Shown: piece by piece, positions 29,038-38,364 of the stretch
How positions within the stretch are numbered: position 1 is the first letter of the stretch
Layout: each line of letters starts with the position of its first letter
From: Clostridia bacterium
GTDB lineage: Bacteria; Bacillota; Clostridia; Oscillospirales; CAG-382
Reading direction: 5' to 3'
Assembly (NCBI GenBank): GCA_017629895.1
Contig: JAGBWF010000119.1
Coordinates: forward strand, 1-39,629
Length of the DNA stretch: 39,629 nt
The notes under the pieces: generated by a model
Seen by the model: the letters and a program-made list of their open reading frames with translations, nothing else
What the model was told of the DNA's origin: nothing
Databases searched by the model: none
Position numbers and translations under genes: made by a program

Positions 29038-29415
29038 ATGAACAACGAAAAAATGCAAAGAGAGCAGGCAAGAGCGATAGCCGAGCTTGCCGCAAATACA
29101 CTTGACAACAAAAAGGGTATGGACGTTACCACGCTCGAGGTAAGCGAGCAGACAATTCTCGCCGATTACTTCGTTCTTGCGACAGGTACCTCGAATACCC
29201 ACGTTCGCGCACTCGCAGGCGAGGTTGAATTCAAGCTGAAGGAGGAGCTCGGAATCGAGCCGAGCCATATCGAAGGTGCTTCGGGCGATGCCTGGACGCT
29301 TCTCGATTACGGTTGCGTGGTCATCCACGTATTCACCTCACAGGCACGCGATTTTTATAAGCTCGAACGCCTTTGGAGCGGAAATGAAATCAAATTCGGA
29401 GGATCAGAGGAATGA
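29038..29415 (+). CDS. rsfS: Ribosome silencing factor RsfS
   Basis: DYFVLATGTSNTHVRALA...GDAWTLLDYGCVVIHVF...R.FY.LE.LW is the typical RsfS/iojap pattern. 125 aa. Confidence 0.92.
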   Translation: MNNEKMQREQARAIAELAANTLDNKKGMDVTTLEVSEQTILADYFVLATGTSNTHVRALAGEVEFKLKEELGIEPSHIEGASGDAWTLLDYGCVVIHVFTSQARDFYKLERLWSGNEIKFGGSEE

Positions 29416-31820
29416 AACACGAATTTAAAAGCATAGAGAAAAAATGGCAGGACAAATGGGACGAGGCGAAGATTTTCGAAGCCGCTGACCCCGGCGAAAA
29501 GGGCAGCGAAAAGCCGAAGTTCTTTGCACTTGTCGAATTCCCCTACCCCAGCGGAGCAGGTATGCACGTCGGTCATATCAAGGCTTATTCCGGCTTGGAG
29601 GTAATCTCGCGCAAGAAGCGTATGGAGGGCTATAACGTTATGTTCCCCATGGGCTTCGACGCATTCGGTCTTCCCACCGAAAACACCGCTATCAAAACCG
29701 GTATGCACCCGAGAGCCGTTACCGACAGAAATATCGAAAAATTCACAGGTCAGCTCAAGCGCGCAGGCTTTGCTTTCGACTGGTCGCGCGTTGTCGATAC
29801 CACCGACGTCGATTATTACAAATGGACGCAGTGGATATTCCTTAAAATGTTCGAGCAGGGTCTTGTTTTCCGCGATACCGCGCTCGTAAATTACTGCCCC
29901 GAATGTAAGGTCGTTCTTTCGAACGAGGACTCTCAGGGCGGAAAGTGCGATATCTGCCACAGCGATATCGTTCAGAAATCGAAGGACGTTTGGTATTTGC
30001 GTATCACCGAATATGCCGACAAGCTCCTGACAGGTCTTGAGGAGGTTGATTATCTCCCCAACATCAAGCAGCAGCAGGTGAACTGGATCGGCAAGTCCGA
30101 GGGCGCGTTTGTCAACTTCAGACTCGCAGACAAGGACGAAACCCTCCGCATATACACCACCCGTCCCGACACCCTTTTCGGCGTAACCTTTATGGTTATG
30201 GCGCCCGAGCATCCGCTTATCGATAAATATGCCGAAAGCATCAAGAATATGGATGCTATCGAGGGCTACCGCGCAGAATGTGCGAAAAAGACCGAATTTG
30301 AGCGCACACAGCTTGTCAAGGACAAGACCGGCGTTCGTATCGAGGGCATTAGCGCAATCAACCCCGTAACCAACAAGGAAATCCCGATATATATCGCCGA
30401 TTACGTTATGATGGGCTACGGCACGGGCGCAATTATGGCGGTTCCCGCGCACGATGAACGCGACTACGATTTTGCGAAGAAGTTCGGCATCGATATTATC
30501 GAGGTAATCAAGGGCGGCAACATCGAGGAGGCGGCATATACCGGCGACGGCGAAATGGTAAATTCGGGCTTCCTCAACGGCTTTAGCAACAAAAAGGATT
30601 CTATCCGCCGTGCAATCGAAGAGCTCGAAAAGCTCGGCTGCGGCGAGGGCGGCGTTCAGTATAAAATGAAGGACTGGGCGTTCAACCGCCAGAGATATTG
30701 GGGCGAGCCCATTCCGATAGTTCACTGCGAAAAGTGCGGTATGGTTGCCGTTCCCTATGAGGAGCTTCCCCTCCGTCTTCCCGATATGGAGGAATTTGCT
30801 CCCGGTCAGGGCGGCGAATCGCCTTTGGCAAGAATCGATTCCTACGTCAACTGCAAGTGCCCCAAATGCGGCGGCGATGCAAAGCGCGAAACCGATACCA
30901 TGCCTCAGTGGGCAGGCTCTTCGTGGTACTTCCTCCGCTATTGCGACCCCAAAAACAGCGATTTCTTCGCGGCAGAGGAAAAGCTCAAATACTGGCTCCC
31001 TGTCGATTGGTATAACGGCGGTATGGAGCACGTTACCCGCCACATGATCTATTCTCGCTTCTGGCATAAGTTCCTTTATGATATGGGACTCGTTCCGGTT
31101 GCAGAGCCTTATGCAAAGCGCACCGCGCAGGGACTTATTCTCGGTCCCGACGGCGATAAGATGAGTAAATCCAAGGGCAACGTTATCGACCCGAACGACG
31201 TTGTCGATGAATACGGCGCAGACGTTTTGCGTACCTACACGCTCTTTATGGGCGATTACGCATCGGCGGCTCCCTGGTCGCAGAGCTCGGTACGCGGCTG
31301 CAAGAGATTCCTTGAACGCTTCGCGGCGCTCGATGAAATGCTCGGCGAAAAGAACGACCGCCTCGTTCGTTCGCTCCACAAAACTATTAAAAAGGTTACA
31401 AACGATATCGATACCATGAAGTTCAACACCGCTATCGCGGCGATGATGAGCTTTATGAACGAGATCTACGACCTCGGCTCGATCGATAAGGAAAGCCTGC
31501 TCGTTCTTACAAAGCTTCTCTCTCCGTTTGCGCCCCATATCTGCGAGGAAATGTGGGTATCGCTTGGCGGAAGCGGCTTCTGCTCGGTTGCAAAATGGCC
31601 CGAATACGATGAAGCGCTCACCGTCGATGACGAAAAGGAAATCGCGGTTCAGGTTTGCGGTAAGCTCAAGGGCGTAATCGTTATCCCCGCAGGCGCAGAG
31701 GAGGATGCCGTTTGGGAAATCATAACCAAAAACGAAGGCATTATGGCTTCTCTCGAGGGCAAGCAGATTATCAAGAAGATCTATATCAAAGATAAAATTT
31801 TCAACATTGTTGCAAAATAG
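29412..31820 (+). CDS. leuS: Leucine--tRNA ligase
   Basis: FPYPSGAGMHVGH (HIGH motif), the CP1 editing domain, and KMSKSKGN (KMSKS motif). 802 aa. ATGA overlap with rsfS. Confidence 0.97.
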   Translation: MKHEFKSIEKKWQDKWDEAKIFEAADPGEKGSEKPKFFALVEFPYPSGAGMHVGHIKAYSGLEVISRKKRMEGYNVMFPMGFDAFGLPTENTAIKTGMHPRAVTDRNIEKFTGQLKRAGFAFDWSRVVDTTDVDYYKWTQWIFLKMFEQGLVFRDTALVNYCPECKVVLSNEDSQGGKCDICHSDIVQKSKDVWYLRITEYADKLLTGLEEVDYLPNIKQQQVNWIGKSEGAFVNFRLADKDETLRIYTTRPDTLFGVTFMVMAPEHPLIDKYAESIKNMDAIEGYRAECAKKTEFERTQLVKDKTGVRIEGISAINPVTNKEIPIYIADYVMMGYGTGAIMAVPAHDERDYDFAKKFGIDIIEVIKGGNIEEAAYTGDGEMVNSGFLNGFSNKKDSIRRAIEELEKLGCGEGGVQYKMKDWAFNRQRYWGEPIPIVHCEKCGMVAVPYEELPLRLPDMEEFAPGQGGESPLARIDSYVNCKCPKCGGDAKRETDTMPQWAGSSWYFLRYCDPKNSDFFAAEEKLKYWLPVDWYNGGMEHVTRHMIYSRFWHKFLYDMGLVPVAEPYAKRTAQGLILGPDGDKMSKSKGNVIDPNDVVDEYGADVLRTYTLFMGDYASAAPWSQSSVRGCKRFLERFAALDEMLGEKNDRLVRSLHKTIKKVTNDIDTMKFNTAIAAMMSFMNEIYDLGSIDKESLLVLTKLLSPFAPHICEEMWVSLGGSGFCSVAKWPEYDEALTVDDEKEIAVQVCGKLKGVIVIPAGAEEDAVWEIITKNEGIMASLEGKQIIKKIYIKDKIFNIVAK

Positions 31821-31829
31821 GAGGCAAAA

Positions 31830-32552
31830 ATGGATACCATTAAAATCAACAAGGGCGACGCGCTTATAGTTGCGCACAGAGGTCTTTCGGGTATCGAAAG
31901 AGAAAACACCGCGGCTGCATTCGTAGCGGCAGGTAACAGAAGCTATTTCGGTATCGAAACCGACGTTCGCGTTACCGCAGACGGCAACTTCATTCTTCTC
32001 CACGATAACGATGCTGTTCGTTGCGGCGGCGACAACATCATTCCCGAGCAGTCCACTCTTCAGACTCTCCAGTCTGTTCAGCTTTTCGAAAAGAACGGCG
32101 AACGCGGCAGAGTTGACCTTCGCATCCCCACCATGACCGATTACCTTCGTATCTGCAAGACCTACGACAAGGTTTGCGTTCTCGAATTCAAGGGCTATTT
32201 CAGCGAAGAAAATATGGCAAAGGTTGTCGAAATCGTAAAGGCTGAATACTGCCTCGAAAAGATGATCTTCATCTCCTTCGCATTCGAAAACCTTGTAAAT
32301 CTCCGTAACGTTTGCCCCGAAGCACGTTGCCAGTTCCTCACCGGCAGGCTCGACGAAGGCCTTCTCGAACGCCTTGCAGAGCACAACTTCGGTCTCGATA
32401 TCTGGCACGGCGCGTTCACCGAAGAAGCTCAGGTACGTGCATTCCTCGATAAAGGTATTGAGGTCAACGTATGGACCGTCGATAACAAGGACGATGCAGA
32501 AAGACTCGTTTCTTGGGGCGTTCAGTTCATAACCAGCAACATTTTGGAATAA
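31830..32552 (+). CDS. Glycerophosphodiester phosphodiesterase family protein
   Basis: VAHRGLSGIERENT...GIETDVRVTADGNFILLHD is the GDPD catalytic signature. 240 aa. Confidence 0.88.
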   Translation: MDTIKINKGDALIVAHRGLSGIERENTAAAFVAAGNRSYFGIETDVRVTADGNFILLHDNDAVRCGGDNIIPEQSTLQTLQSVQLFEKNGERGRVDLRIPTMTDYLRICKTYDKVCVLEFKGYFSEENMAKVVEIVKAEYCLEKMIFISFAFENLVNLRNVCPEARCQFLTGRLDEGLLERLAEHNFGLDIWHGAFTEEAQVRAFLDKGIEVNVWTVDNKDDAERLVSWGVQFITSNILE

Positions 32553-32566
32553 AAGCATAAAGCAAA

Positions 32567-32596
32567 GCCTCCGATCAGCTCGGAGGTTTTGGTTTT
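32567..32596 (+). terminator. Intrinsic terminator of the leuS-GDPD operon
   Basis: Stem cctccga (32568-32574) pairing with tcggagg (32580-32586), followed by ttttggtttt. Confidence 0.85.
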
Positions 32597-32614
32597 GAAA
32601 TGTAACAGTATAAG

Positions 32615-32670
32615 ACAAAACTGCCCGAAAAAAGAGTTTGATTTCTCTTTTTCGGGCGGTTCTTTTTATT
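32615..32670. terminator. Second, bidirectional-looking intrinsic terminator hairpin
   Basis: Stem ctgcccgaaaaaagag (32621-32636) pairing with ctctttttcgggcgg (32645-32659, one bulge). T-run ttcttttta follows on +, and ttttgtc follows on -. Confidence 0.7.
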
Positions 32671-32778
32671 CAGTGATATTCTTTGCTTATATTTCCCTTT
32701 CGGGAGCTGTCTGTTTGCGGTCTTGCCGTCCGTTATTGCCGTAATAGCCCGAGCTTTTATGTTTTGTCAAGCGATAAA

Positions 32779-32815
32779 AAGCGAGAAAAAGCCTTTTTAA
32801 GACCTTCTCTCGCTT
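32779..32815 (-). terminator. Intrinsic terminator of the metallophosphoesterase gene
   Basis: Stem aagcgaga (32779-32786) pairing with tctcgctt (32808-32815), with an inner aaaaag/cttttt pairing. On the - strand it is followed by tttatcgc. Confidence 0.6.
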
Positions 32816-32830
32816 AATTGAGGTTTTATT

Positions 32831-33532
32831 TCAAATTCTTACAGGCGTGAAATCCACCCAATCGGCAGCGACGAGTGTAAGCTGTGCGCCTGCGATCTGA
32901 TGAATCAGGCGTGATTTTTGCGCGCCGTGCAGATGCCCGTAAAAAACGCGCTTTATGCCGTATTGATGAATAACCTCGCAGATGCGCTCGCATTTCACGT
33001 TGCCATAGGCGGGGGGATAATGCAAAAACACGAGCATTTCCTTTTCGGGATTTTCCTCCTTCAGCTTCAGCCCCGCAAGTATCGAGGTGCGCAGGCGTTC
33101 TGCCTCGCGGTTTACGATTTTTTCGTCGTCGGGGCCATAGTTGCTTTCGGGAAACCAGCCGCGTGTTCCGCAGATGATGTAATCCTCGGCGATATAGGCG
33201 TTATTGAAAAGAAAATCTATGCTGAAAGCGCCTATTTCATCGCGCAGCTCATACATTTTCTTCATCGTCTGCCACCAATAATCGTGATTACCCTTGGCGA
33301 TTATCTTTTTTCCGTTCAATCCCTCGATAAATTCGAGATCGGCAAGCGCATCGTCGCTTCGCATACCCCAAGAAATATCGCCTGCGATTATCACAGTGTC
33401 CTCGGGCTTTATCAATGCCTGCCAATTTTCGCGCAGTCTTTCGGTATGGTTTTCCCAGCGCGGTCCGAAAATATCCATCGGCTTATTCGTTGTATGCGAA
33501 AGATGCAGATCTGCAATCGTAAAAACCGACAT
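32831..33532 (-). CDS. Metallophosphoesterase (calcineurin-like phosphoesterase family)
   Basis: FTIADLHLSH, IIAGDISW, KGNHDYW and FLHYPP...GHLHG are the canonical metallophosphoesterase motifs. 233 aa. Confidence 0.88.
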   Translation of the reverse strand: MSVFTIADLHLSHTTNKPMDIFGPRWENHTERLRENWQALIKPEDTVIIAGDISWGMRSDDALADLEFIEGLNGKKIIAKGNHDYWWQTMKKMYELRDEIGAFSIDFLFNNAYIAEDYIICGTRGWFPESNYGPDDEKIVNREAERLRTSILAGLKLKEENPEKEMLVFLHYPPAYGNVKCERICEVIHQYGIKRVFYGHLHGAQKSRLIHQIAGAQLTLVAADWVDFTPVRI

Positions 33533-33603
33533 TTGCTTTCTCCGTAATAATTTTTGTTTTTTTGCAAATAATAAAGGCAGAAATTCAAAAAAGGAGTAGA
33601 AAG

Positions 33604-33789
33604 ATGAACGATATTTCCTTCAACCAGGTCCCCAAGCATATCCAGGGCATTTCCTGCAGTGTTATGAGCTGTGCCTACCACGACGGAGTGCACTACTGCA
33701 CCGCGCCGAAGATAACGGTCGGCCCCTCGACAGCGCAGAACTGCTCGCAAACGGTTTGCGCCACCTACAAGCAGAAAACTCTCGGCTGA
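33604..33789 (+). CDS. DUF1540 domain-containing small cysteine-rich protein
   Basis: Start chosen at ATG 33604, with RBS aaggag at about 33592. ISCSVMSCAYHDGVHYCTA...C..TVCATY is the DUF1540 Cys/His pattern. 61 aa. Confidence 0.7.
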   Translation: MNDISFNQVPKHIQGISCSVMSCAYHDGVHYCTAPKITVGPSTAQNCSQTVCATYKQKTLG

Positions 33790-33816
33790 ATCACGCGCTT
33801 TTCGGCGCGTTACATA

Positions 33817-35274
33817 TTAAAGGCTGTTTATCATATCCTCGGGCTCGACGGTTTTTGTGAACCTTACCTCCGCTTCGCGAAGGCTTGCAAGGTTTTTGGG
33901 GATCGCGCATTTGGTTACCGCAAAAAGCTTATCGAGCGCATCGAAATCGTCGGAGGGAACCTCCTCGCCGAGCGCAGAAAGCACCGCGGGCGCGAATTTA
34001 TAGGGCGAAGCTGTCGAAACGACGAGCATCTTATTGCCCTTTTCGCTCTTATATTGCTTTGCCGCATTCGCCGCAACGGCGGTATGGGTATCGCAAAGAT
34101 AGCCGTATTCGTCGAAAAGCTCGGAAATCGTCTTCTTCGTTTCCTCCTCGGAGCAGGAATATCCCGCAAAATCCTCGCGGATGAGCTTCATGCTCTCCTC
34201 GTCGAGCGAATACACACCCTCACGAGCGAGCTTTTCCATACATTCGCGGGTTTTATCGGCGCCGAGCACGAACCAGAGCAGGCGCTCGAGGTTGCTCGAG
34301 ATAAGAATATCCATCGAGGGAGAAACGGTTGTGAAAAATTCACGGCGCTTATCGTAAACGCCCTTATTGATAAAATCGGTAAGAATATCGTTTTTGTTGG
34401 AGGCGCAGACGAGCTTGCCGAGCGGCAGTCCCATCTTTTTCGCGATATACGCGGCGAGAATGTTGCCGAAATTGCCGGTCGGAACGGTGATATCAAGCTT
34501 ATCGCCGTACTTTATCTCCTCTTCCTTGACAAGATCGCAATACGCCGAAACGTAATACACGATCTGGGGAGCAAGTCTGCCCCAGTTGATCGAATTCGCG
34601 CTCGAGAAGAAAAGTCCCTTTTCCTCGAGTGCTTTTTTCGCGTTTTCGTCGGCAAAAATAGCCTTTACGCCGCTTTGCGCGTCGTCGAAATTGCCGTTTA
34701 TCGCAACAACGTTTACGTTATTTCCCTTCTGCGAAGCCATTTGCTTCTTCTGAATGTTCGAAACGCCGTTGACGGGATAGAACACCTGAATACGAACACG
34801 GTCGATATCGCAATAGCCCTCAAGCGCCGCCTTGCCGGTATCGCCGCTTGTCGCAACGAGGATATACGCATCCTTTTCCTCGCCGGTCTTGCCGAGCGAG
34901 AGCGAAAGAAGTCGGGGCATTATCTGAAGCGCCATATCCTTGAATGCGCTTGTCGGGCCGTGCCAGAGCTCTAAAAAGTAATCGCCGCCGACGCGTGCAA
35001 TAGGCGCCGCGGGACCGCCGAATTTTTCGGCACTGTATGCCGCGTTTGCTGCATTTTCAAGCTCTTCCTTTGTATAGTCGGTAAGAAAAAGCGAAAGGAT
35101 ATATGCCGCACGCTCGGTATAGCTCATTTCTACGAGAGCATCGATATCCTCCTTTTTAAGAGCGGGAATGCTTTCGGGAACGTAGAGTCCTCCGTCGGAA
35201 GCGAGTCCCTTTTTGATAACGTATGCCGCAGAATACTTTTCGCTGTTTGCGGTGCGGGTGCTGATGTAGTTCAT
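33817..35274 (-). CDS. thrC: Threonine synthase (long form)
   Basis: MNYISTR...GGLYVPE...LELWHGPTSAFKDMALQ (PLP lysine motif). 485 aa. Confidence 0.94.
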   Translation of the reverse strand: MNYISTRTANSEKYSAAYVIKKGLASDGGLYVPESIPALKKEDIDALVEMSYTERAAYILSLFLTDYTKEELENAANAAYSAEKFGGPAAPIARVGGDYFLELWHGPTSAFKDMALQIMPRLLSLSLGKTGEEKDAYILVATSGDTGKAALEGYCDIDRVRIQVFYPVNGVSNIQKKQMASQKGNNVNVVAINGNFDDAQSGVKAIFADENAKKALEEKGLFFSSANSINWGRLAPQIVYYVSAYCDLVKEEEIKYGDKLDITVPTGNFGNILAAYIAKKMGLPLGKLVCASNKNDILTDFINKGVYDKRREFFTTVSPSMDILISSNLERLLWFVLGADKTRECMEKLAREGVYSLDEESMKLIREDFAGYSCSEEETKKTISELFDEYGYLCDTHTAVAANAAKQYKSEKGNKMLVVSTASPYKFAPAVLSALGEEVPSDDFDALDKLFAVTKCAIPKNLASLREAEVRFTKTVEPEDMINSL

Positions 35275-35681
35275 AGCCTGTTTTCCCAGTCCTTGATGTG
35301 ATTTATGCGGAGCTCCTCTCCGCCCAAGAATATCTCGATAACGTCGATACGCGTTTTTCGTATCCTACGCTTTATTTCTGTCCCAAAGGGATAAAAAACG
35401 CTTATTCTGCCGCCTCTGCCGTAGCATTTCAAAAATTCGGCGGAGGCTCTTTTTATACTTTCGACCTTTTTCCCGTCGACAGCGTCGCTCGGTCTGCCGA
35501 AGCTTTCGCTCGAGCGCGTCTTTACCTCGAAAAACACAAGGATTCCGTTTCGGTAGCCGATAACGTCTATCTCTCCGCCGCGCACGAGGAAATTACGCGA
35601 CAAAATATGCCAGCCCTTGCGTTTCAGATATTTTTCGGCCATGCTTTCGCCGAGATCTCCGATTGATTTATTTGTTTTCAT
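35271..35681 (-). CDS. yraN: YraN family endonuclease (UPF0102)
   Basis: IGDLGESMAEKYLKRKGWHILSRNFLVRGGEIDVIGY...VFFEVKTR is the typical YraN pattern. Its stop overlaps the thrC ATG (ATGA). Confidence 0.85.
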   Translation of the reverse strand: MKTNKSIGDLGESMAEKYLKRKGWHILSRNFLVRGGEIDVIGYRNGILVFFEVKTRSSESFGRPSDAVDGKKVESIKRASAEFLKCYGRGGRISVFYPFGTEIKRRIRKTRIDVIEIFLGGEELRINHIKDWENRL

Positions 35682-36288
35682 CGCCTGTACCCAAAAGCTT
35701 TTTCAAAAAGCTCGGTCGGTGCACGGGGCTTATTCCAAGCTCGAGCAGAGCTTGTCTGTGTGCCTTCGTTGCATATCCCTTATGCTTGCCGAAGCCGTAT
35801 CCGCCGTACAAAACCTCGAGCTCGTCGAGCAAGCGGTCTCGCGTTACCTTTGCAAGAATAGAAGCCGCCGCTATCGAGGGGCAAAGCGAATCGCCCTTTA
35901 TAACCGGCACAGCCCTAACCTTGAAGCCGCGCACGATATTTCCGTCGGCAAGAACGAGCTCGGGCTTTATCCGAAGCTTTTCTACCGCACGGTTCATCGC
36001 AAGCATCGATGCGTTCAGAATGTTATGCTTTTCTATCTCGTAAACGCTCGCATATCCGACGGCGCAATCGACACAGCTTTCGCGAATGGTTTTATACAGT
36101 GCCTCGCGCTTTTTATCGCTGAGCTTTTTCGAATCGTCAAGCCCCTCGATAACCAAGCCCTCGGGCAATATCACCGCCGCCGCAACGACGGGTCCGGCGA
36201 GGGGTCCTCTGCCCGCTTCGTCGCATCCGCAAACGATCTCTTCGCCGTTTTCTCGAAACGATATTTCGTACTGCCATTCAAGAGCCAT
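35668..36288 (-). CDS. rnhB: Ribonuclease HII
   Basis: GCDEAGRGPLAGPVVAAAVIL...DDSKKLS...ASILAKVTRD. Confidence 0.94.
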   Translation of the reverse strand: MALEWQYEISFRENGEEIVCGCDEAGRGPLAGPVVAAAVILPEGLVIEGLDDSKKLSDKKREALYKTIRESCVDCAVGYASVYEIEKHNILNASMLAMNRAVEKLRIKPELVLADGNIVRGFKVRAVPVIKGDSLCPSIAAASILAKVTRDRLLDELEVLYGGYGFGKHKGYATKAHRQALLELGISPVHRPSFLKKLLGTGDENK

Positions 36289-36289
36289 T

Positions 36290-37141
36290 TTATTTAACCC
36301 TGTCCAGTGTTATTCTTCCGATTTTGCCTGCGCGGAATTCATCGAGTATAACGCCTGCCGCGCGATCCTCGTCGATAACCCCGCCCGAGCGCAAAAATCC
36401 GCGTCTTCTGCCGATTTTTTCGAAAATATCGTAATCGCTGTCGGTTTCGCATACCTCTATGCCGAATCTTTCGGTGAGGCAGTGCGAATAATCGACGCGC
36501 AAAAGACCGATAAGCCGACACGTTAGATCGAGCGTATCGAGAATTTCATCTCTGATCGAACCGAGGCAGGCAAGCTTTACGCCGATAAGCGCATCATCAA
36601 ACTTATGCCACAAAATACCGGGGGTGTCGGTCAGCTCAAGATTGAGCGAGGGCACCGAAATGCGCGAATTGTGTCGGGTTACGCCGGGTCTGTCCTGCGC
36701 AACCGCCTTTTTCGTGCCGCTGATGGTGTTTATAAGAGTGGATTTGCCGACGTTCGTTATTCCCGCGACCATCGCTCTTATCGGACGCTTTATTCCTCTT
36801 GCGGCATCGCGCTCGAGCTTTTCGCGCATCAGCGTCTTTATTCCGTTCTGAATGTTTTTGATACCGAGTCCGGTCTTGCAATCGATTGCGATAACCTCTC
36901 TTCCCGCACCGCGAAGTGCCTGCTCGAAGAGCTTTGTCTGCTCGGGGTCTGCAAGAGTGCATTTCGTAAGCAGTGTGAGCGTCGGCTTATTGCCGAAAAG
37001 GCTCTTGAAATCGGGATTTGTGCTCGACAGCGGCGCACGCGCATCGAGCAGCTCGATAACCATATCTATATTCGGAAGCGCTTCCTTTATCAAACGCTTC
37101 GCCTTCGCCATATGTCCGGGATACCAGACTATTTCAGCCAT
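36290..37141 (-). CDS. rbgA: Ribosome biogenesis GTPase A (YlqF/RbgA)
   Basis: WYPGHMAKAKR, circularly permuted GTPase motifs (LLTKCTLAD, then GITNVGKST, then DTPGILW). 283 aa. Confidence 0.93.
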   Translation of the reverse strand: MAEIVWYPGHMAKAKRLIKEALPNIDMVIELLDARAPLSSTNPDFKSLFGNKPTLTLLTKCTLADPEQTKLFEQALRGAGREVIAIDCKTGLGIKNIQNGIKTLMREKLERDAARGIKRPIRAMVAGITNVGKSTLINTISGTKKAVAQDRPGVTRHNSRISVPSLNLELTDTPGILWHKFDDALIGVKLACLGSIRDEILDTLDLTCRLIGLLRVDYSHCLTERFGIEVCETDSDYDIFEKIGRRRGFLRSGGVIDEDRAAGVILDEFRAGKIGRITLDRVK

Positions 37142-37151
37142 TTTTAACTCC

Positions 37152-37955
37152 TTATTCGACTATTCCGAAATCGGGCGTAAGTCTTATTATAACTCTGCCT
37201 AAAATTCGGTTTTCGTCCATTTCGCCGTACTCACGCGAGCGGCTGTCCTTCGAATTGTTTCGGTTGTCGCCCATAACGAAAACCTTGCCCTTGCCGACGG
37301 TAAATTCCTGCTTGTATTTGGGAACCGTCGTGCCGTGCATAGCGACGTCATCGCCCCAGCGTTGCTGCTCGATTTCTCGCATTGCATTTATATACGGCTC
37401 GTCGAGCTTGACTCCGTCGACGTATACCTCCCATTTTTCATAGTCGATATAAACCGTCTGTCCCTCGGTTGCGATAACGCGCTTTATAATCGGCTCGCCG
37501 CTTCCGCCGTGGCTTTCGGGGTTTATAACCACTATATCGCCTGTTTCGGGGGTATAAAACAGGTCGGAAATTATAAGCTTGTCCTCATCGTGAAGCGTGT
37601 CCATCATCGATTCGCCGTCTACCGACACGTAGCGGAAGACAAAGAGGAACAAAAGCATCATTAGCGCGAGCGCATAGCAGAAGGTTTCGAGATAATCGTA
37701 AACCGACACGACGCGCGGCTTCTTCTTTTTCGGCGTCTCGCTTACCGCTTCCCCGCCCGATTCGCCGACAGCTTCTGCCGCAACATCTTCGGATTCGGCA
37801 GACACGTCCTCCGCCGCTTCCTCGCCGACACGGGTAAGCTTTGCGGCGGTAAAGCTGCGCTCGGTCGCCATAGCTTCGGATCCGTCTGCTTCGTTATTCG
37901 GTTTTTCGCTTTCTTCGGCGCCGTTTTCGAGCGCGAGCTTATCGTTTTCGTTCAT
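37152..37955 (-). CDS. lepB: Signal peptidase I with an acidic N-terminal extension of about 80 aa
   Basis: S26 motifs VDGESMMDTL (Ser), IKRVIA (Lys) and GDNRNNSKDSR. A single TM at residues about 92-110 is preceded by an E/A/D-rich region. Confidence 0.9.
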   Translation of the reverse strand: MNENDKLALENGAEESEKPNNEADGSEAMATERSFTAAKLTRVGEEAAEDVSAESEDVAAEAVGESGGEAVSETPKKKKPRVVSVYDYLETFCYALALMMLLFLFVFRYVSVDGESMMDTLHDEDKLIISDLFYTPETGDIVVINPESHGGSGEPIIKRVIATEGQTVYIDYEKWEVYVDGVKLDEPYINAMREIEQQRWGDDVAMHGTTVPKYKQEFTVGKGKVFVMGDNRNNSKDSRSREYGEMDENRILGRVIIRLTPDFGIVE

Positions 37956-37974
37956 TATATCAAATCCTTTTTGT

Positions 37975-38011
37975 TATAAAGAAAAGGTGTCTGCGGAAAA
38001 ACGCAGACACC
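37975..38011 (-). terminator. Intrinsic terminator or attenuator between rplS and lepB
   Basis: 10-bp stem ggtgtctgcg (37986-37995) pairing with cgcagacacc (38002-38011). On the - strand it is followed by ttttctttat. Confidence 0.75.
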
Positions 38012-38022
38012 AAAGAGCCGAT

Positions 38023-38364
38023 TTAGATTTTTTCCTTGACCTTAGCGTTCTTGCCGACCTTATCGCGAAGATAATAGAGCTTAGCACGGCGAACCTTACC
38101 GCGACGAACGACTTCTACAGACTGTACGTTCGGGGAGTGAAGGGGGAAGGTCTTTTCGGTACCAACGCCGTAGGAAACACGTCTTACGGTGAAGGTTTCG
38201 GAAATACCGCCGTTCTTCTTGCAGATAACGGTTCCCTCGAAGATCTGGGTTCTGACTCTTGTTCCCTCGACGATTCTCTGTGCTACCTTAACGGTATCAC
38301 CAACGTTGAATTCGGGGATTTCGGTTTTAAGCTGCTCATTTGTAAATGCCTTCAAAATATCCAT
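38023..38364 (-). CDS. rplS: 50S ribosomal protein L19
   Basis: [12 protein letters not shown]...EG.R.R.Q.FEG.VI...G...TFTVRR...GVG.E..F.LHSP is the invariant L19 pattern. 113 aa. Confidence 0.97.
   Translation of the reverse strand: MDILKAFTNEQLKTEIPEFNVGDTVKVAQRIVEGTRVRTQIFEGTVICKKNGGISETFTVRRVSYGVGTEKTFPLHSPNVQSVEVVRRGKVRRAKLYYLRDKVGKNAKVKEKI

Noticed and set aside
29355-32618. A 1087-aa stop-free ORF on the - strand, antisense to the whole of leuS and the GDPD gene.
   Set aside because: It crosses two sense genes and their intergenic region. It has no RBS and a low-complexity, Arg/Ala/Val/Phe-rich composition, and the sense strand carries unmistakable LeuS motifs (HIGH, KMSKS). This is the usual shadow ORF produced by codon bias in a moderately GC-rich genome. 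Other long antisense ORFs have the same explanation: 291-1439, 2297-3397, 10760-12247, 17577-18680, 27091-27891 and 28531-29328.
33562-33603. The upstream ATG at 33562, which would extend the DUF1540 protein by 14 residues.
   Set aside because: There is no RBS before 33562, whereas aaggag precedes ATG 33604 at the proper spacing. The DUF1540 Cys pattern lies entirely downstream.
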